The translations under genes were made by a program, and so were the position numbers. Shown piece by piece: positions 42,880 through 55,487 of a stretch of 64,000 bases of DNA. The DNA is taken from positions 183,086,001-183,150,000 of the forward strand of contig NC_042998.1 of assembly GCF_006345805.1 (NCBI RefSeq). Direction: 5' to 3'. Below the pieces are notes generated by a model. That model was not told the origin of the DNA. It ran no database searches and worked only from the letters and a program-made list of their open reading frames with translations. Position 1 is the first letter of the stretch, and the number at the start of each line of letters is the position of its first letter. The DNA comes from Octopus sinensis. Taxonomy: Eukaryota.

Positions 42880-43743
42880 CACTGGACAACAAAAAATTTT
42901 TTTGTCTGGCACCTGGAATATTTCAACAAAACCTTAAGTGATTTTGCCTGCTAAATTCAAAAATATCTTCGTTTTTCTCTATCAGGTCTAGTTTTCTAAC
43001 TAGACTTGATAGAGTAAGTATTTTATTCATACAAGAAGCATGTAATATGAATCAATAATGAGAGCATAACACAAACCAAAACAAAGTACAAATAAAAATT
43101 CAAACTTGAAAGTGCACATTGGCAGAGAATTCAAAGAATAAATTTACGCTTCTTTGTGCACCATGAATGTTGAGCAACAGAAGTATCTTGTTTTAAACAT
43201 CAACAATAGTCTGCCATCATCACAGTGTCCCAATCTCCTTGGTATTGAGTTTCCATCTGATTAGGCAAGATTAGTATAGACAAGTATTTGTCAATTTTTT
43301 CTGGTTAATACCATTCAAATTTAGGTTACAAAAATAACAGTCATCCACATGATTATAGGGCTCCTGCCTTACCACTAGTATAGCAAACCTCATACTTTTC
43401 CTTGTCCATTTAGTCCATTGTTGCAAATGTTCTGTACATTGTTTACTAATGCTATGCAGTGCCCAATATTTATCTTGGTCTCCCAGCTTCACCCCAAAAT
43501 ATGCTATATTTGCTCTGTCAACAAAATCAGTGACGTTTCTTCAATTTCCAGGTAATGTGTATTCTCCACAAACATAACAAAACACATTTGGAGAATTAAC
43601 GCAACTCTTTCTTGAAGAGGACATCTTGCTCAATTTCTGTCGCTTAGTTTACCACAGCATCTAAAATGTATGGGAAAAACAAAAACTTAAAATTAGAATA
43701 AGGTAATGAACACTGCATACTGGACGTACACACAGACATAGTG
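42880..43743 (-). mobile_element. Internally deleted DNA transposon, probably Chapaev3 (CMC) family
   Basis: Minus strand SCVNSPNVFCYVCGEYT...YFGVKLGDQDKYWALH..C..C...EPYNHVDDCYFC; CAC...GTG termini. Family assignment is from recall; TSD not evident. Confidence 0.6.
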
Positions 43744-46311
43744 ACTATAGGGATGTTCAATAACTTAAAAACTAGATCTGATAGGTCAAAAAGAAGGTTT
43801 ATAGTTGCTGAACAGTGTTATAGTTGCTGAACTTGCCATAGGTTAAGTAATGGTCTCAAATTTTGGCACAAGGCCAGAATTTTTAAGGGAGGGAGTAAGT
43901 TGATCGCATTACCTCCAGTGTTCAACTGGTACTTATTTTATTGATCCTGGAAAGATGAGAGTCAAAGTCAATCAGCAGAATTGAAGGTTAAATAATGATA
44001 GTAATATTAATATGTATCTAGAAAATTTTCAGATCAATTATTTTATAGAGTTCAAAAGTAATTAAAGTATGGCACATCAGAAGATTTTATTTGTGTGTAC
44101 CCAATAGTAGGCATCCGTCGGTCTCAAGAGACCATGGATCTGCACCCGGAGAAATTGAGTCAGCTGCTGTGGCTATAGAGGCCCACACAGGAGTAACAGT
44201 CATGAATGCAGTGACTGCATTTGAAGGAGTTCTCTACTTGTATGTCCCCACATGTTACATAAAATAAATTAACACATTCTTTTAACACTACTCTTATTTG
44301 AAACTTCATGGATAGAATGATACAACAAATATTACTGGCACAAATAAGATATTTGATATTGTTCTAAAAGTGGTTATTTTCATAAATCATCTCTTAATAA
44401 TAAAAAAATTCTTTAAAGGTCTTTTGAATTGATATCAATCATTTTCCATCATATTTTTTCTTAGTATTTCTAAAGTAGCCAATATAAACTGTTCAATGAA
44501 ATAGTAAACATGAGTGCTAAAGTATTAAAACAAAATACCATCGTCACTTTATTTATACTCTAAACACTTTCTCAAACAAACATTTTCAATTGTATTTGGA
44601 AGTGTTAAAATCTGCATGATTTTCCTGTTTATCTTGAAATTCTTGTAAAATTCAAAACTATTATAAAATATAGTATTTTTACTTTTGTAATATAGGTGAG
44701 GAATAAATAATACACATTTCTGTTGAATTCATTTAATTTTGTGTAACATGATCTATTTCTTTCAGATGAAGATTACCTTTCCAATGTTTTTGTTTTCAGC
44801 TCTGAGAATGAAGAACTTCTTAGAATGATTTGATATTTTTATTTAAGATTTTGTTTCCATATATGCTTACCCAAATGATTTGATTAACAGTGCATATAGT
44901 TGAGTTGAAAAATGATTACTAGTTTTGTGCATCTGTTAAAGAGTTGAAATTTTACCAAGTTGGTAATTGAAAGCTTTATCCAAAATCCCTTTCTAAATTC
45001 AACTTAATTTTATGCTTCACTCCAAAATTTTGTATATCCTTAACTAATACATAAAATTATATCATTCAACCTTGAACATAGTATAAATGTGTTCTAATTA
45101 ATTACCATAAAATTCAAAATAGTAATGCCAAGTGTTCTACATGGCTCTTCACTATTTTAAAAAAGGTAACTTTTGTAGTATTTTTACTCAAATAAATTCT
45201 AGCATTTTTTCAAGTAAATATTTTATAAATCCTTTCAATTAAAAGTATTATCCTAGCTTTATTTTTTCTTTTCATTATTAGACCTGTATAGTGACCTAAT
45301 GCAAAGTTATTTGATTCATTATAATGGAAACTCCATCCAATATCCCTGATAACTATGGAAGACATGTTTGCAGTAACAGATGTTCTGTAACAATCTCATT
45401 GATTCACTATACTTGTAGATAACATAATATGGCTTAGGGAAGTAATCTTATCAGGTAAGATAGTAAGAAAAAATAAAGAGGTCCTTGAAGATAGGTTAAT
45501 CTTGTTATAATTGATTTATTTTCTGGACATTTAGCACTTATGTAGGGAAGCTTGTATATTCATATTAAGATACTCTGTTGAGTTTAGGTCATGCTAGGCT
45601 CTCACTGAGTGCAAAATATCAAAGGGAAGTTATTAAGTATAATTTTATAGAAGAGCAGATGGCGAAAAACAGCATCACATAATGATATGAAAGTAGAGCA
45701 AGATTGAAACAAAGAAATGTTTGCATTTATCTGAATTTCATGACACTAGATCCTGGCATTAATTTATTGAGTGTTGTAGCTCTCTGTGCATCAGCCTTCA
45801 TATTCTAAATTTATTAATACACAGAACTTCCTTCATAAAAGAAACAATTTAAAAGAGAACATATGGTTTGCAAAAGCAATTCCTAATGAGGATGACAAGG
45901 AGAAGGATGAATATATGTATAACTAAAACATGACAGATCTCTAAAACTAAAACTGTAAAATAAAATCTTAAAAGAGTTAAACAAGTGATTTCATATAAAA
46001 TAGATCTATCTTACTTTGTCTCCCCACCTTTCTCTCTCAAACACACACACTCATATAAAATGCCAGAGAGAGAACTTAATACTTAAATTCTGGCAGAAAT
46101 TATGATATTCTGGTCTGTTTGAATATGAATTGTCATCACTATTAAATATCGCATACATCAGCAGGTATCTTTAATTTCTTTATATCTCTGTTATTTAATA
46201 AATATAGTCTACATCAATTGCTAAACAGAATTTCTTATTTTTTATGTTTTTATATTTTTTATTTATATCTGAATTATACATTTTCTTCTTTCTGTTTGGT
46301 TTTGTCATCAG

Positions 46312-46474
46312 GCCCACCAGTCCATCTAAAGGAACTTTACCAGCTTTAGACAAAGGAAACTCTGCCAATTTACCCCCTGATATGAATGTTGTGCCTGGAG
46401 AGGAACCTCGAAAATTTGATTCGACAGGAATGTTCCACTGGTGTCCAGAACGGTGTATTGAAGATGTTCTTATG
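46312..46474 (+). CDS. KCNMA1: Slo1 exon, linker end and start of RCK2 (PTSPSKG...RKFDSTGMFHWCPERCIEDVLM), phase 2 to 0
   Basis: Acceptor tttgtcatcag, donor ATG|gtaaac, 163 nt. (Y/F)DSTGMFHW is a Slo1 hallmark. Confidence 0.96.
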
Positions 46475-47152
46475 GTAAACTATAGAGATTCCTTGGATTA
46501 TTGTCGCTTTCTGTATTATTTATATATGAACTATTACAAACATTTTTTTTTTAATGTACCATTTGCACAAAAAGTGAAAATTCAGCACCAAACAATGCAC
46601 AAACACAGAACAATCACAAACACCACATCTAATCAAACTATTGAAGTAACAAAACTATTGTAGAAATATTATTATTATAATCTCTCATAAACCTTTAATC
46701 TCCCCGAAAACTATAAGGAATATGAACTAAGAAATTCAATGTGAATATTTGAACTGTTGGAAGTAGCAACCAAATCTTTCTCAAATTACATTTTGTCACC
46801 TTGAAGAGTAGGAACATGCTGGATAATGTTATTTTAGCTGTTCATGGCCTAAAGAAAAAAGAGGAAGTGGCTATGGGTGGAATGTATATGATTATAGTTT
46901 TGCCTTGCTATGGCTGACATGGGCTAAACAACAAAGTACACAAAATAGTACATTTCTCAATTACACAGTATATATACAGTCTGCATTTATACTCAAGCAT
47001 GTGATGGTCAGTTTCTTTACTACTTCATGCTATCAGACTGAAGCAAGCCAGCACTTCTATGATCTCATTCATTCAATACAGAGAAACTTAAAAAATAAGT
47101 TACAGGCTTATAAACACACCAACAGCAGTTGTCAAGTTGTGATGAGGGACAA

Positions 47153-47189
<37 letters not shown>

Positions 47190-47192
47190 ACA

Positions 47193-47340
47193 AATTTCTT
47201 TCAGTTTCCATCTACCTAATCCACTCACAAGGCTTTGGTCAGTTTGTGACTATAGTAGAAAACATTTGCCCAAGGTGCCACAGAGTGGGACTGAACCTGG
47301 AACCATGTAGTTGGGAAGCAAACTTCTTACCACACAACCA
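47193..47340 (-). mobile_element. SINE 5' part, about 120 nt upstream of exon 47461
   Basis: Reverse complement of the 37072 family head. Confidence 0.75.
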
Positions 47341-47460
47341 CATCTTACCACACAACCACATCATATTAATAATTTCATCAAAGAAGTTTTAGAAATCCAG
47401 TATGTTTCTAATAAAATTAATATCATAAGAATAAAGATGATTATAATTCTCTCTTTTCAG

Positions 47461-47685
47461 GATCGAAATCAAGCAGCACTAACTGTACTGTGTAACCATG
47501 TTGTTGTGTGCTTATTTGCCGAAGCATCATCTCCACTCATTGGTTTGAGGAATTTAGTCATGCCTTTACGAGCAAGTAATTTTCACTACCATGAACTCAA
47601 ACATGTGGTTGTTGTTGGAGATCTTGAATATCTCTGTAGAGAATGGAAAATGCTTCAGAACTTTCCAAAAATATCAATATTACCA
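47461..47685 (+). CDS. KCNMA1: Slo1 RCK2 exon ([10 protein letters not shown]...[26 protein letters not shown]...FPKISILP), phase 0 to 0
   Basis: Acceptor ctcttttcag, donor CCA|gtaagt, 225 nt open, close to known slowpoke peptide. Confidence 0.98.
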
Positions 47686-48304
47686 GTAAGTATTTAGTTA
47701 ATAGTCATATGTTAATGTGTGTATACTAAGAGTAGCTACTAACTACAGGGAAAATAAAAATGGTTAAGTACTGTCCATCTGAAGATTTCAGACAGTCAGT
47801 ACTTACTTTAATATATTAATATGACATTGTTGTTAGTAATAATGGTTTTTAACACAGGTAAAACACTACTAATTTTAGAAATAATATTCTATTAAATTGA
47901 CCCAAGTAATTGATATTTATTTTGTCAAACCCTTGAAGATTGAAAGGCAAACTTGAGCTCAGCAGAATTTCAACTCAGAATGTGAGAGAAATTACTACAG
48001 CTGTTGCCCTTGTAACAAATTTTAAAATTATTAGTAGTATTATAGTTATTGCCTTTATTATGTGATCAGTGAACTTAAAGAGCTCTCCAATGCCTAATTT
48101 TCTCTGATGATTTGTTTGTAATATTTCCCTTACTTCAAGCAAGAGTTGTAATCAATTCTTATGTAACAGAATAGATTTGTGTGTATATCAGAAAACGAAT
48201 GTTATATATGAAATAATAATAATATAAATTGCATTTATTCTCATGTCTTATTTGGTTTTCTTCTATCTATTGTCATTTGTGATTTTGTGCTTCTCTTTCC
48301 ACAG

Positions 48305-48500
48305 GGCTCTCCTCTAAACAGAGCTAACTTACGTGCAGTAAATATTAATCTGTGTGATATGTGTGTGGTTCTATCAGCCAAAGATAAAAACTTAGACGAT
48401 CAGCATCTCGTAGATAAGGAGGCCATCCTCTGCTCACTGAATATCAAAGCTATGACATTTGATGATAGTATTGGCCTTATACAAGCTTCAGCCCCAACAG
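48305..48500 (+). CDS. KCNMA1: Slo1 RCK2 exon ([25 protein letters not shown]...[21 protein letters not shown]...), phase 0 to 1
   Basis: Acceptor ctttccacag, donor ACAG|gtagtt, 196 nt. Confidence 0.97.
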
Positions 48501-49138
48501 GTAGTTAAATTTTTGAAGTTTTTTTTTTTCTGTTCCTTGTTTGCTTTTGTTTCTTGCTTTTTTTTACTGCTATTTTCAGAGATATATTTCTGCTGTTTAT
48601 ACTTTGTATTATTTTAGTCTTATTGAGGACATGACAATCTTTCTGGTGCTGATGCCAAGATAAAATGTATTCAACACACACTATTAAGTGATTGGTCTTG
48701 GAAGGGTATCCAGTCATAGAAATCATACCAACAATAAAATTAATGAGACTTGGTGCTCCAATCTGTCTATGAGAGCACTAATGCCAAATAAAAATTGACT
48801 TGGACAGTGACAGCACATCCCACCCATACTAGTATGAACAATGGATATAAAACTAAGATAGTGTGTCTGTGTGTGTACTTTTTTCTAACCCTCATTTATG
48901 GCACAAAGTCATTTTGCTCAATGGGCTTCTGTACAATTCTTATCTTCCAAATTCCACTCGCAAGGTAATGCCCAATCCCAAACTATGATAGAAGACACTT
49001 ATCCAGTACCATGCAATGGCATCAAATCAAGAACCATGTGGTTACTTAGGAAATTTTTTAACTAAACAACCATGTCTGCCTTTGATTTACACCAGATTTG
49101 AGAATACCAACCCTTATACACACACATACACACACACA

Positions 49139-49169
<31 letters not shown>

Positions 49170-49267
49170 CACATTATCTTAGTTTCATATCCATTTTTAT
49201 TTAATTGGATCATGACATTGATCCAATGATGCTACTTACATAGCTGAAGTCTTTTTTCTCTTTCCAG

Positions 49268-49366
49268 GTTTTCTTCCTCCTGGTTTTTCCCCAGTTGGTA
49301 ATCAACAACATGCTCCTCGGAGAGGGTCACTATGTGGATCAAATGTTCCACTCATCACAGAATTAG
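49268..49366 (+). CDS. KCNMA1: Slo1 exon (GFLPPGFSPVGNQQHAPRRGSLCGSNVPLITEL), phase 1 to 1; not in the ORF track
   Basis: Acceptor ttctctttccag, donor TTAG|gtatgt, 99 nt. RRGS..G.NVP.ITEL matches slowpoke; RRGS is a consensus PKA site. Confidence 0.95.
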   Translation, partial: VFFLLVFPQLVINNMLLGEGHYVDQMFHSSQN

Positions 49367-50886
49367 GTATGTTGTTTTCATTTGTAATTTTGTTCTATAA
49401 ATGTATAAAAACTTTAAGTAAAACAACTAATGGATGGAAAAATAATTTTCAGTTGAAAAGTTCCTATCGAAAATAGATTTTGTTATAGAACTACTTCCTG
49501 AAAATTCCTATTTTACATAGATTCTTCCTAATTAAAATTTTTATTGACTTTCACTGCCCTTATTTATTTAATCAACAGTTTCAATAAAAAAAATGTTAAA
49601 CAGAAAGACATAGGAAAAGTGCTAGTATTTGATAAGTTTACCATGGAGGTAAAATCTAAAGAAAGCTTTGATTGTCTGAAATAATGGTGAATTTTAGTTG
49701 TCTTTGATGAGTCATTGCTAAAGTAATGTTACCTGTTCTTAGAAGGTTACTATCCAATCTCTTTCCAAACCAAAAGTTTAAGAACAAAAATATATCAACT
49801 ACAGTTTACAATTTAACATTCTCCTTCCATGTATTGTAAAAGCACAACTACAGTATCAATACAGCAAGTGTTATGTTTTATAGAGAATCATATCCATATA
49901 TATATTTCAAGGCAGTGAAATTAGATCCCAATCTAAAATATACATTACAATTGCAATTTAAATATTAATGCTTTAACAGCACAAAAATACAATCATTACA
50001 CATACCATGAAAAATTATTGTATTTCCACTAAATATGAAGAATATACAATTGGAAAATATAAGGCTTCGACAAATCCCAAGCCTCTCACATCCTCAGTGT
50101 AGTAAAGACAGTATCCTAAACACTTGTTTTCCTCTTTGGAGCCTGACAATATTTTAACTCCCAAAAATTACTAATCCCATATAAAGTTCATGAGACTCAC
50201 AATCTGGAATGATACTGCTACTATGCATTGACATCCAGGGCAATATACAAAACAATACCACCTGATTGGTTTGCTTGAAGTCACTCACCAACACACTCTA
50301 ATCTCTAACCCACAGATGTGCTGTTTTCTCTGCCACAATTACAATGACCCTTCCATACCACTCCTAAGCTCTTTCATCTCCTTCCATCACCTATATTTCA
50401 CTCACTCACCCCCAGGCTTTGCACTAGCAAACTCCCCTAGCCTTTACTCATTAAAATGATAGTTTTATGAAATACCAGCAGCATCAACTCCAGCAATTTT
50501 GCTGGTCTCAGAGGGTTTTCAAAAGACAGAACAATTGCTTCCACCCAGCCAAACTGACAAAAATAAAAACTATCCATGTTGTAAACTCTCTCTTTGAAGA
50601 ACCAAGGCTTACAGATGTTTAATTGTCAGGGTTTATTCCTTACAAACAATTTGTGAGAGTTTTCTTCTCTACTTGCATCATTCCAATCATTAATATGGCC
50701 AGTGAGTTGTTATAAACTCTTGTGAAACCCCATTTACATGATAGAAAATGGATAGAAGCAGTTCCTTGCTTTATGAGCTTCAAATTGGCCCTCTTCCTAT
50801 GCAAAGAGTAGATATTCAATGCTGTAAGAATCAATTAATTTTCTTTATTATTATTATTATTCTCTAAAGAAAGAATTTTTAGCTGA

Positions 50887-51090
<204 letters not shown>

Positions 51091-52609
51091 TAAAGTAATT
51101 CATACAACACATTTTTTAAACTTTGGACATGACTGATAAACATATTTAGCTCTATAGTTCTAACATTCACAGGACTGTATTAATTTATCTTTGTAGTTGC
51201 CACTAAAATCAGATGATATATGAGGTTTGTAGCATATACTGTAATTGAAAAATATGTTGTCTCGCTCATATAGTCACGTAATTGCTACATTTTCTCCTCT
51301 AAAGTTATCTGATAAGTTCTATTGCATTAGCATGTAATAGTCTTATAGATAATCTTGAAAGTATACAGTCTTAAAAATTCATTAACCATTTCCAATTTTT
51401 GTTTCTTTCTTAAACTGTAAATGAACAATAAAAATTTTGTTCATATCAATTGCATGACTAAGCAAGTTGCCACAATAGGAACTGGATCTGTCTTTAACAA
51501 TGTTCCTCATTTGTTTTTCATAAGACAAGTGCTATAATTGTTTTAGGGCAACTAAGGATTAATATGGGCTTTTCCTTTCTTTTTAACAATTTCTTTGTCT
51601 TTAGAATGTTTAGTTTATTTAAAATATTCTTTAATGACTTAGAGAAGAAACAGTAGTGTTGACCATTCTTTTCAGGACCTCCAAAATTGGCAGGAGGAAA
51701 GGTGGCCTTAATGCTTGTATTATGGCAGATTAATGCTTGTATTGTGGCCTGACCTGAATGCTTGTATTATGGCAGATTCCTAAACCAGGTAGTGATATTA
51801 ATACAGGTGATTGATCAAGTCTACCCTTCAAGAACAGAAATGATCCCTTCAATAGACTAAAACACTGTTAACAGCTATTAAATTCCACTCTGACGGTTTG
51901 GGTTGACCTGAAGCTACAGTCATAGACACTTACCCAAGATACTGTGTCATGAGATCAAATTCAAAACCATATAGTTGTGATGCAAACTTCTTAACCACCT
52001 AACCATGCTTGCACTTATATTGTGTGGAAGTTGTTATTTCAAATCATAAGTTTTAATAGTCATATTGTGTACATTTGTCTTTCAGATGTCAGTTCTATAG
52101 TTTACATATTTGTATTATTCAATCTGTATTATTTAGTCCCATTATCATAACAATCATAGGTGAACCAGAGAAAAGATGCAATATATCTGTCTTATAAATT
52201 TTTATCATAACAGTAGATGGACACAGCATCTGTTTGACATATAATGCCAATGTCATGTTCATTAGCAATGTCATGTTCATAAGGCAGATGTTGTGAAGGA
52301 AGTAGGTAAATTCCTGGGTTTTTCCTCCCAAAATATATAGTGGTGCACTTGTCTACAGCCAGATTGATTCACCAGTCAGCAGTCTGTTGCTTCATTTTGT
52401 CCAGGTCACTTTGCAAGAAGATCTATAACATGAAAAGAACAGATTCTACATGCTGTAGATCATATGATATCTATAGCATGCACTACTACAATAAAATTGT
52501 TACACATCTGTAAAAATGTTAATTGATATGTTGCAATACCCCTTTGTTGTAATATTGGTAAAGCAATGATATTTATGCCAAAATGTAATCTCTTCCATTT
52601 CTTTGACAG

Positions 52610-52804
52610 AGTTACTTTAACGATAATGCACTAACATTGATCCGAACCTTAATTACTGGTGGTGCTACTCCAGAACTAGAGCAGATTCTGGCTGAAGGAG
52701 CAGGAATGAGAGGTGGTTACAGCACTCCAAGTATCTTGGCTAACAGAGACAGATGTCGAGTTGCACAGATTTCATTATATGAAGGGCCACTAGCTCAATA
52801 TGGG
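52610..52804 (+). CDS. KCNMA1: Slo1 exon ([24 protein letters not shown]...[21 protein letters not shown]), phase 0 to 0
   Basis: Acceptor ctttgacag, donor GGG|gtgagt, 195 nt. Confidence 0.98.
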
Positions 52805-53772
52805 GTGAGTCATATGTTTGTGATTTTACATTGTGTATGTCTGTGCTATCAGCTATATAGTCCCAAGACTAATAGTTGTATAGAATGTTTCCAGAAGCTA
52901 AAACATAATCTTCATTTTAATTTCTTTTAAATTGTTTTTTTGTCATCTTTGCATATGTATGTAAACTTTTTCTTTGTACTTTTAATTAATGTGAAGGAGA
53001 TGAGCTAATTCAGTCATAGGTTTAATCCTAAGCTCATTGCCTAATATATTCCTAGTTGGTAAAATTGTGGCCTTTTGCATTCAGAGTTGATGGCTCATAT
53101 CCGAGCATCATTATTCAAATGGATTCTTGGCAGTGGTACTTTGCTCTCAAAAGTCCACTATACTTTAACTTGGTGGCACATGAGTTACTATCTATGACAC
53201 TAAATAACAGAGGGATGTTCTTTTGAGTTCAAATTCTGTTGCAGAAACTCACATTCAGAGAGAAAGGTTGCATTGAAATTTTTATCATTAAATATGGGAT
53301 CAATTATACATTATCCACCACATATTTAAGACAGAAGCCAAGAAAGGCTCCACTGCATAACCACTTAGACTGCTAGAAAAACAGCCAAGTCTTCTTCAAA
53401 TCACTTACAACTGTCTTTTAAGAATGAAAAGAAAACATTCAATAATAGTGTCATCTATGATATTCAAAAAGATATGGTGGCCATGGTTTGAACATCTTTC
53501 ACTATATGCCTCCTCAATCAGGGTTGACCTGAGGCTGAACAATGGCAACAATCTTCATTAAAGAGATCTGCTCAAAATATATGCTCTGATTCCTTGTACC
53601 CTACTGTATATCCATCTCACCTCATCATTTCCATAAATACATTCCATCTGAACTATGCAGTGACTAAATCATGAGAAATTACAAATAAATCTCATGGTGC
53701 TAATTACAGTGTATTCAATACATATTGTGAAGTAATCAACAAATGAACATGTATTGTTGTATTATTCTTCAG

Positions 53773-53943
53773 GAAAGTGGCCGTTATGGAGATTTGTTTT
53801 TAGCTGCTCTTCGAAATTTTGGCATATTATGTATTGGTCTCTACCGGTTCCGGGATACTAGCGCTACTGTGAAAAGTCCATCATCAAAACGTTATGTTAT
53901 AACGAACCCATCACAAGAATTCCCTCTATTAGCTACAGACCAG
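53773..53943 (+). CDS. KCNMA1: Slo1 exon ([28 protein letters not shown]...[19 protein letters not shown]), phase 0 to 0
   Basis: Acceptor attcttcag, donor CAG|gtaatt, 171 nt; CIGLYR and KRYVITNP motifs. Confidence 0.97.
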
Positions 53944-53977
53944 GTAATTAATTTTGTATTCAATTGTTATTATGATG

Positions 53978-53981
<4 letters not shown>

Positions 53982-54033
<52 letters not shown>

Positions 54034-54105
54034 GATTATTATATTATTATTATTATTATTATTATTATCATTATGATTATTATTATTATTATTATTATTA
54101 TTAGT
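53982..54105. repeat. (TTA)n microsatellite just downstream of exon 53773-53943
   Basis: Direct reading. Confidence 0.95.
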
Positions 54106-54994
54106 TGTTGTTGTTATTTTTATTATACTATTGTATATTTTATCAATGAATATCAGCAAGAAAATATTTTCACCTCTTTCAAATTTTGTAGCTTTAATTT
54201 TCATTTATTTACTTTTTAGTTTTTTTTTATCTTCAATTATTTATTTACTTTGCAACAAACTACAGCAACATGACTTTCTAATATCATTAGCAAAACTGAA
54301 CATTTAAAAGTGGTGAAAAAAGCAAAGCATAAATTAAAGAAGGAACCAAATATATTTTAGTGATTTTCTATTGATTTTATCAATTAGTTATTTGCCATAC
54401 TTTGCTCTTTTGTTTTTTTCTTTTTTCCTTTTTTTTTCTGAATCACACACAAACATGCTGTTTTTCCATAATGATACATGTTTAAAAAACAACAGAATTT
54501 AGTATCCATTCAAACGTTTAATGATAATTCATATGTTTATTACACAGAATAAATAAATACATATGTTAGTGTGTGTTATATTTAAAATTCAAGTTTAGAT
54601 ACAATACTTTAAAATGTAATATCCAAACCTTGTTTTGGGTATGCCCCTTGTCATGTGCCTTGAGGGCACACTCACCACTTACAGCTTCCAAGTGTCATCC
54701 ATGGTACTGCACTTTCGTAGCAGGATCTGCATAAGGAATTCCTTGGTGCATGTTTAGTATATTTTAAATGATAGGGAGGGGAAAATAGTGCACTGTGAGC
54801 TATATTTAGCATGAAGATCATTTCAGCTTACATCTGCAGATGTAAGCCGAAACAATTGTCATGCTAAATAAAGCTTACAATACAACCTGTCTTCCCTATA
54901 AATCATTTAAAATATATACATACATACATACATTATGATTTCACTGAGGCATAGCAATACTGATAACCAGCTGTTAAAATTCAATACATTTAAC

Positions 54995-55487
54995 CAGCTG
55001 GAGAAGATGTTCTCCTGGGGTTACAAGCTACAGTAGCATCCACCCTTAGTGTTTAGCCACATTTAAGTGACAAATATACTTCACATTGTCGTGCAGCTAC
55101 TGTTTACACCTCGTTCAGAGATTTATTATTGCTTGTTTACCCTTTTTCGAGATCAGTGACTTTTCGTCACTGGAAAAAGGATATATGTATTTGCATTGGG
55201 ATCCCTTTGCATCGAAGACCAGTGATTGTCGTGCGCTGACGACGGGTAAATACTCAGAAACTTGGGTCCGTGCATATCACATCAGATCGATGATGGGAAG
55301 GATGGCTTCCCTTTGCAAATACTGATAGGGCATAGAAAGTGTGTCAATAGACAGCTGGAGAAGATATTCTCCTGGGGCTACAAGCTACAGTAGCATCTAC
55401 TCTAAAGTGGTTAGCCACATTTAAGTGGCAAATATACTTCACATTGTCATGCAGCTACTGTTTACACTTCGTTCAGAGATTTATTAT
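54995..55487 (+). mobile_element. Non-LTR retrozyme-like element: about 1.4 tandem copies of a 357-bp unit with a type I hammerhead ribozyme
   Basis: Direct repeats at 54995-55129 and 55352-55487 (about 9 substitutions and 1 indel in 135 bp) flank a CpG-retaining, self-complementary core containing the hammerhead motif. Confidence 0.75.
55222..55280 (+). ncRNA. Type I hammerhead ribozyme motif, predicted cleavage after GUC at 55268
   Basis: Stem I 55222-55235 pairs with 55269-55280 (two bulges). CTGACGA 55236-55242; stem II GGGT/ACTC with AAAT loop and a closing C.A mismatch; GAAA 55257-55260; 2-bp stem III AC-TTGG-GT; GTC triplet. Confidence 0.8.

Noticed and set aside
51705-51780. Three ~22-bp repeats with short spacers (aatgcttgtatt(a/g)tggc)
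   Set aside because: Local tandem duplication in eukaryotic DNA, not a CRISPR array.
54985-55040. Twister-like motif (TAA..AGC, GGTTACAAGC loop) in the retrozyme repeat
   Set aside because: No P2 3' strand or GA-GUAA pseudoknot partner found, and the upstream TAA is absent in the second copy.
55406-55435. Pistol-like GTGG-TTAG-CCAC-ATTTAA
   Set aside because: Loop too short and no pseudoknot partner or P2/P3.
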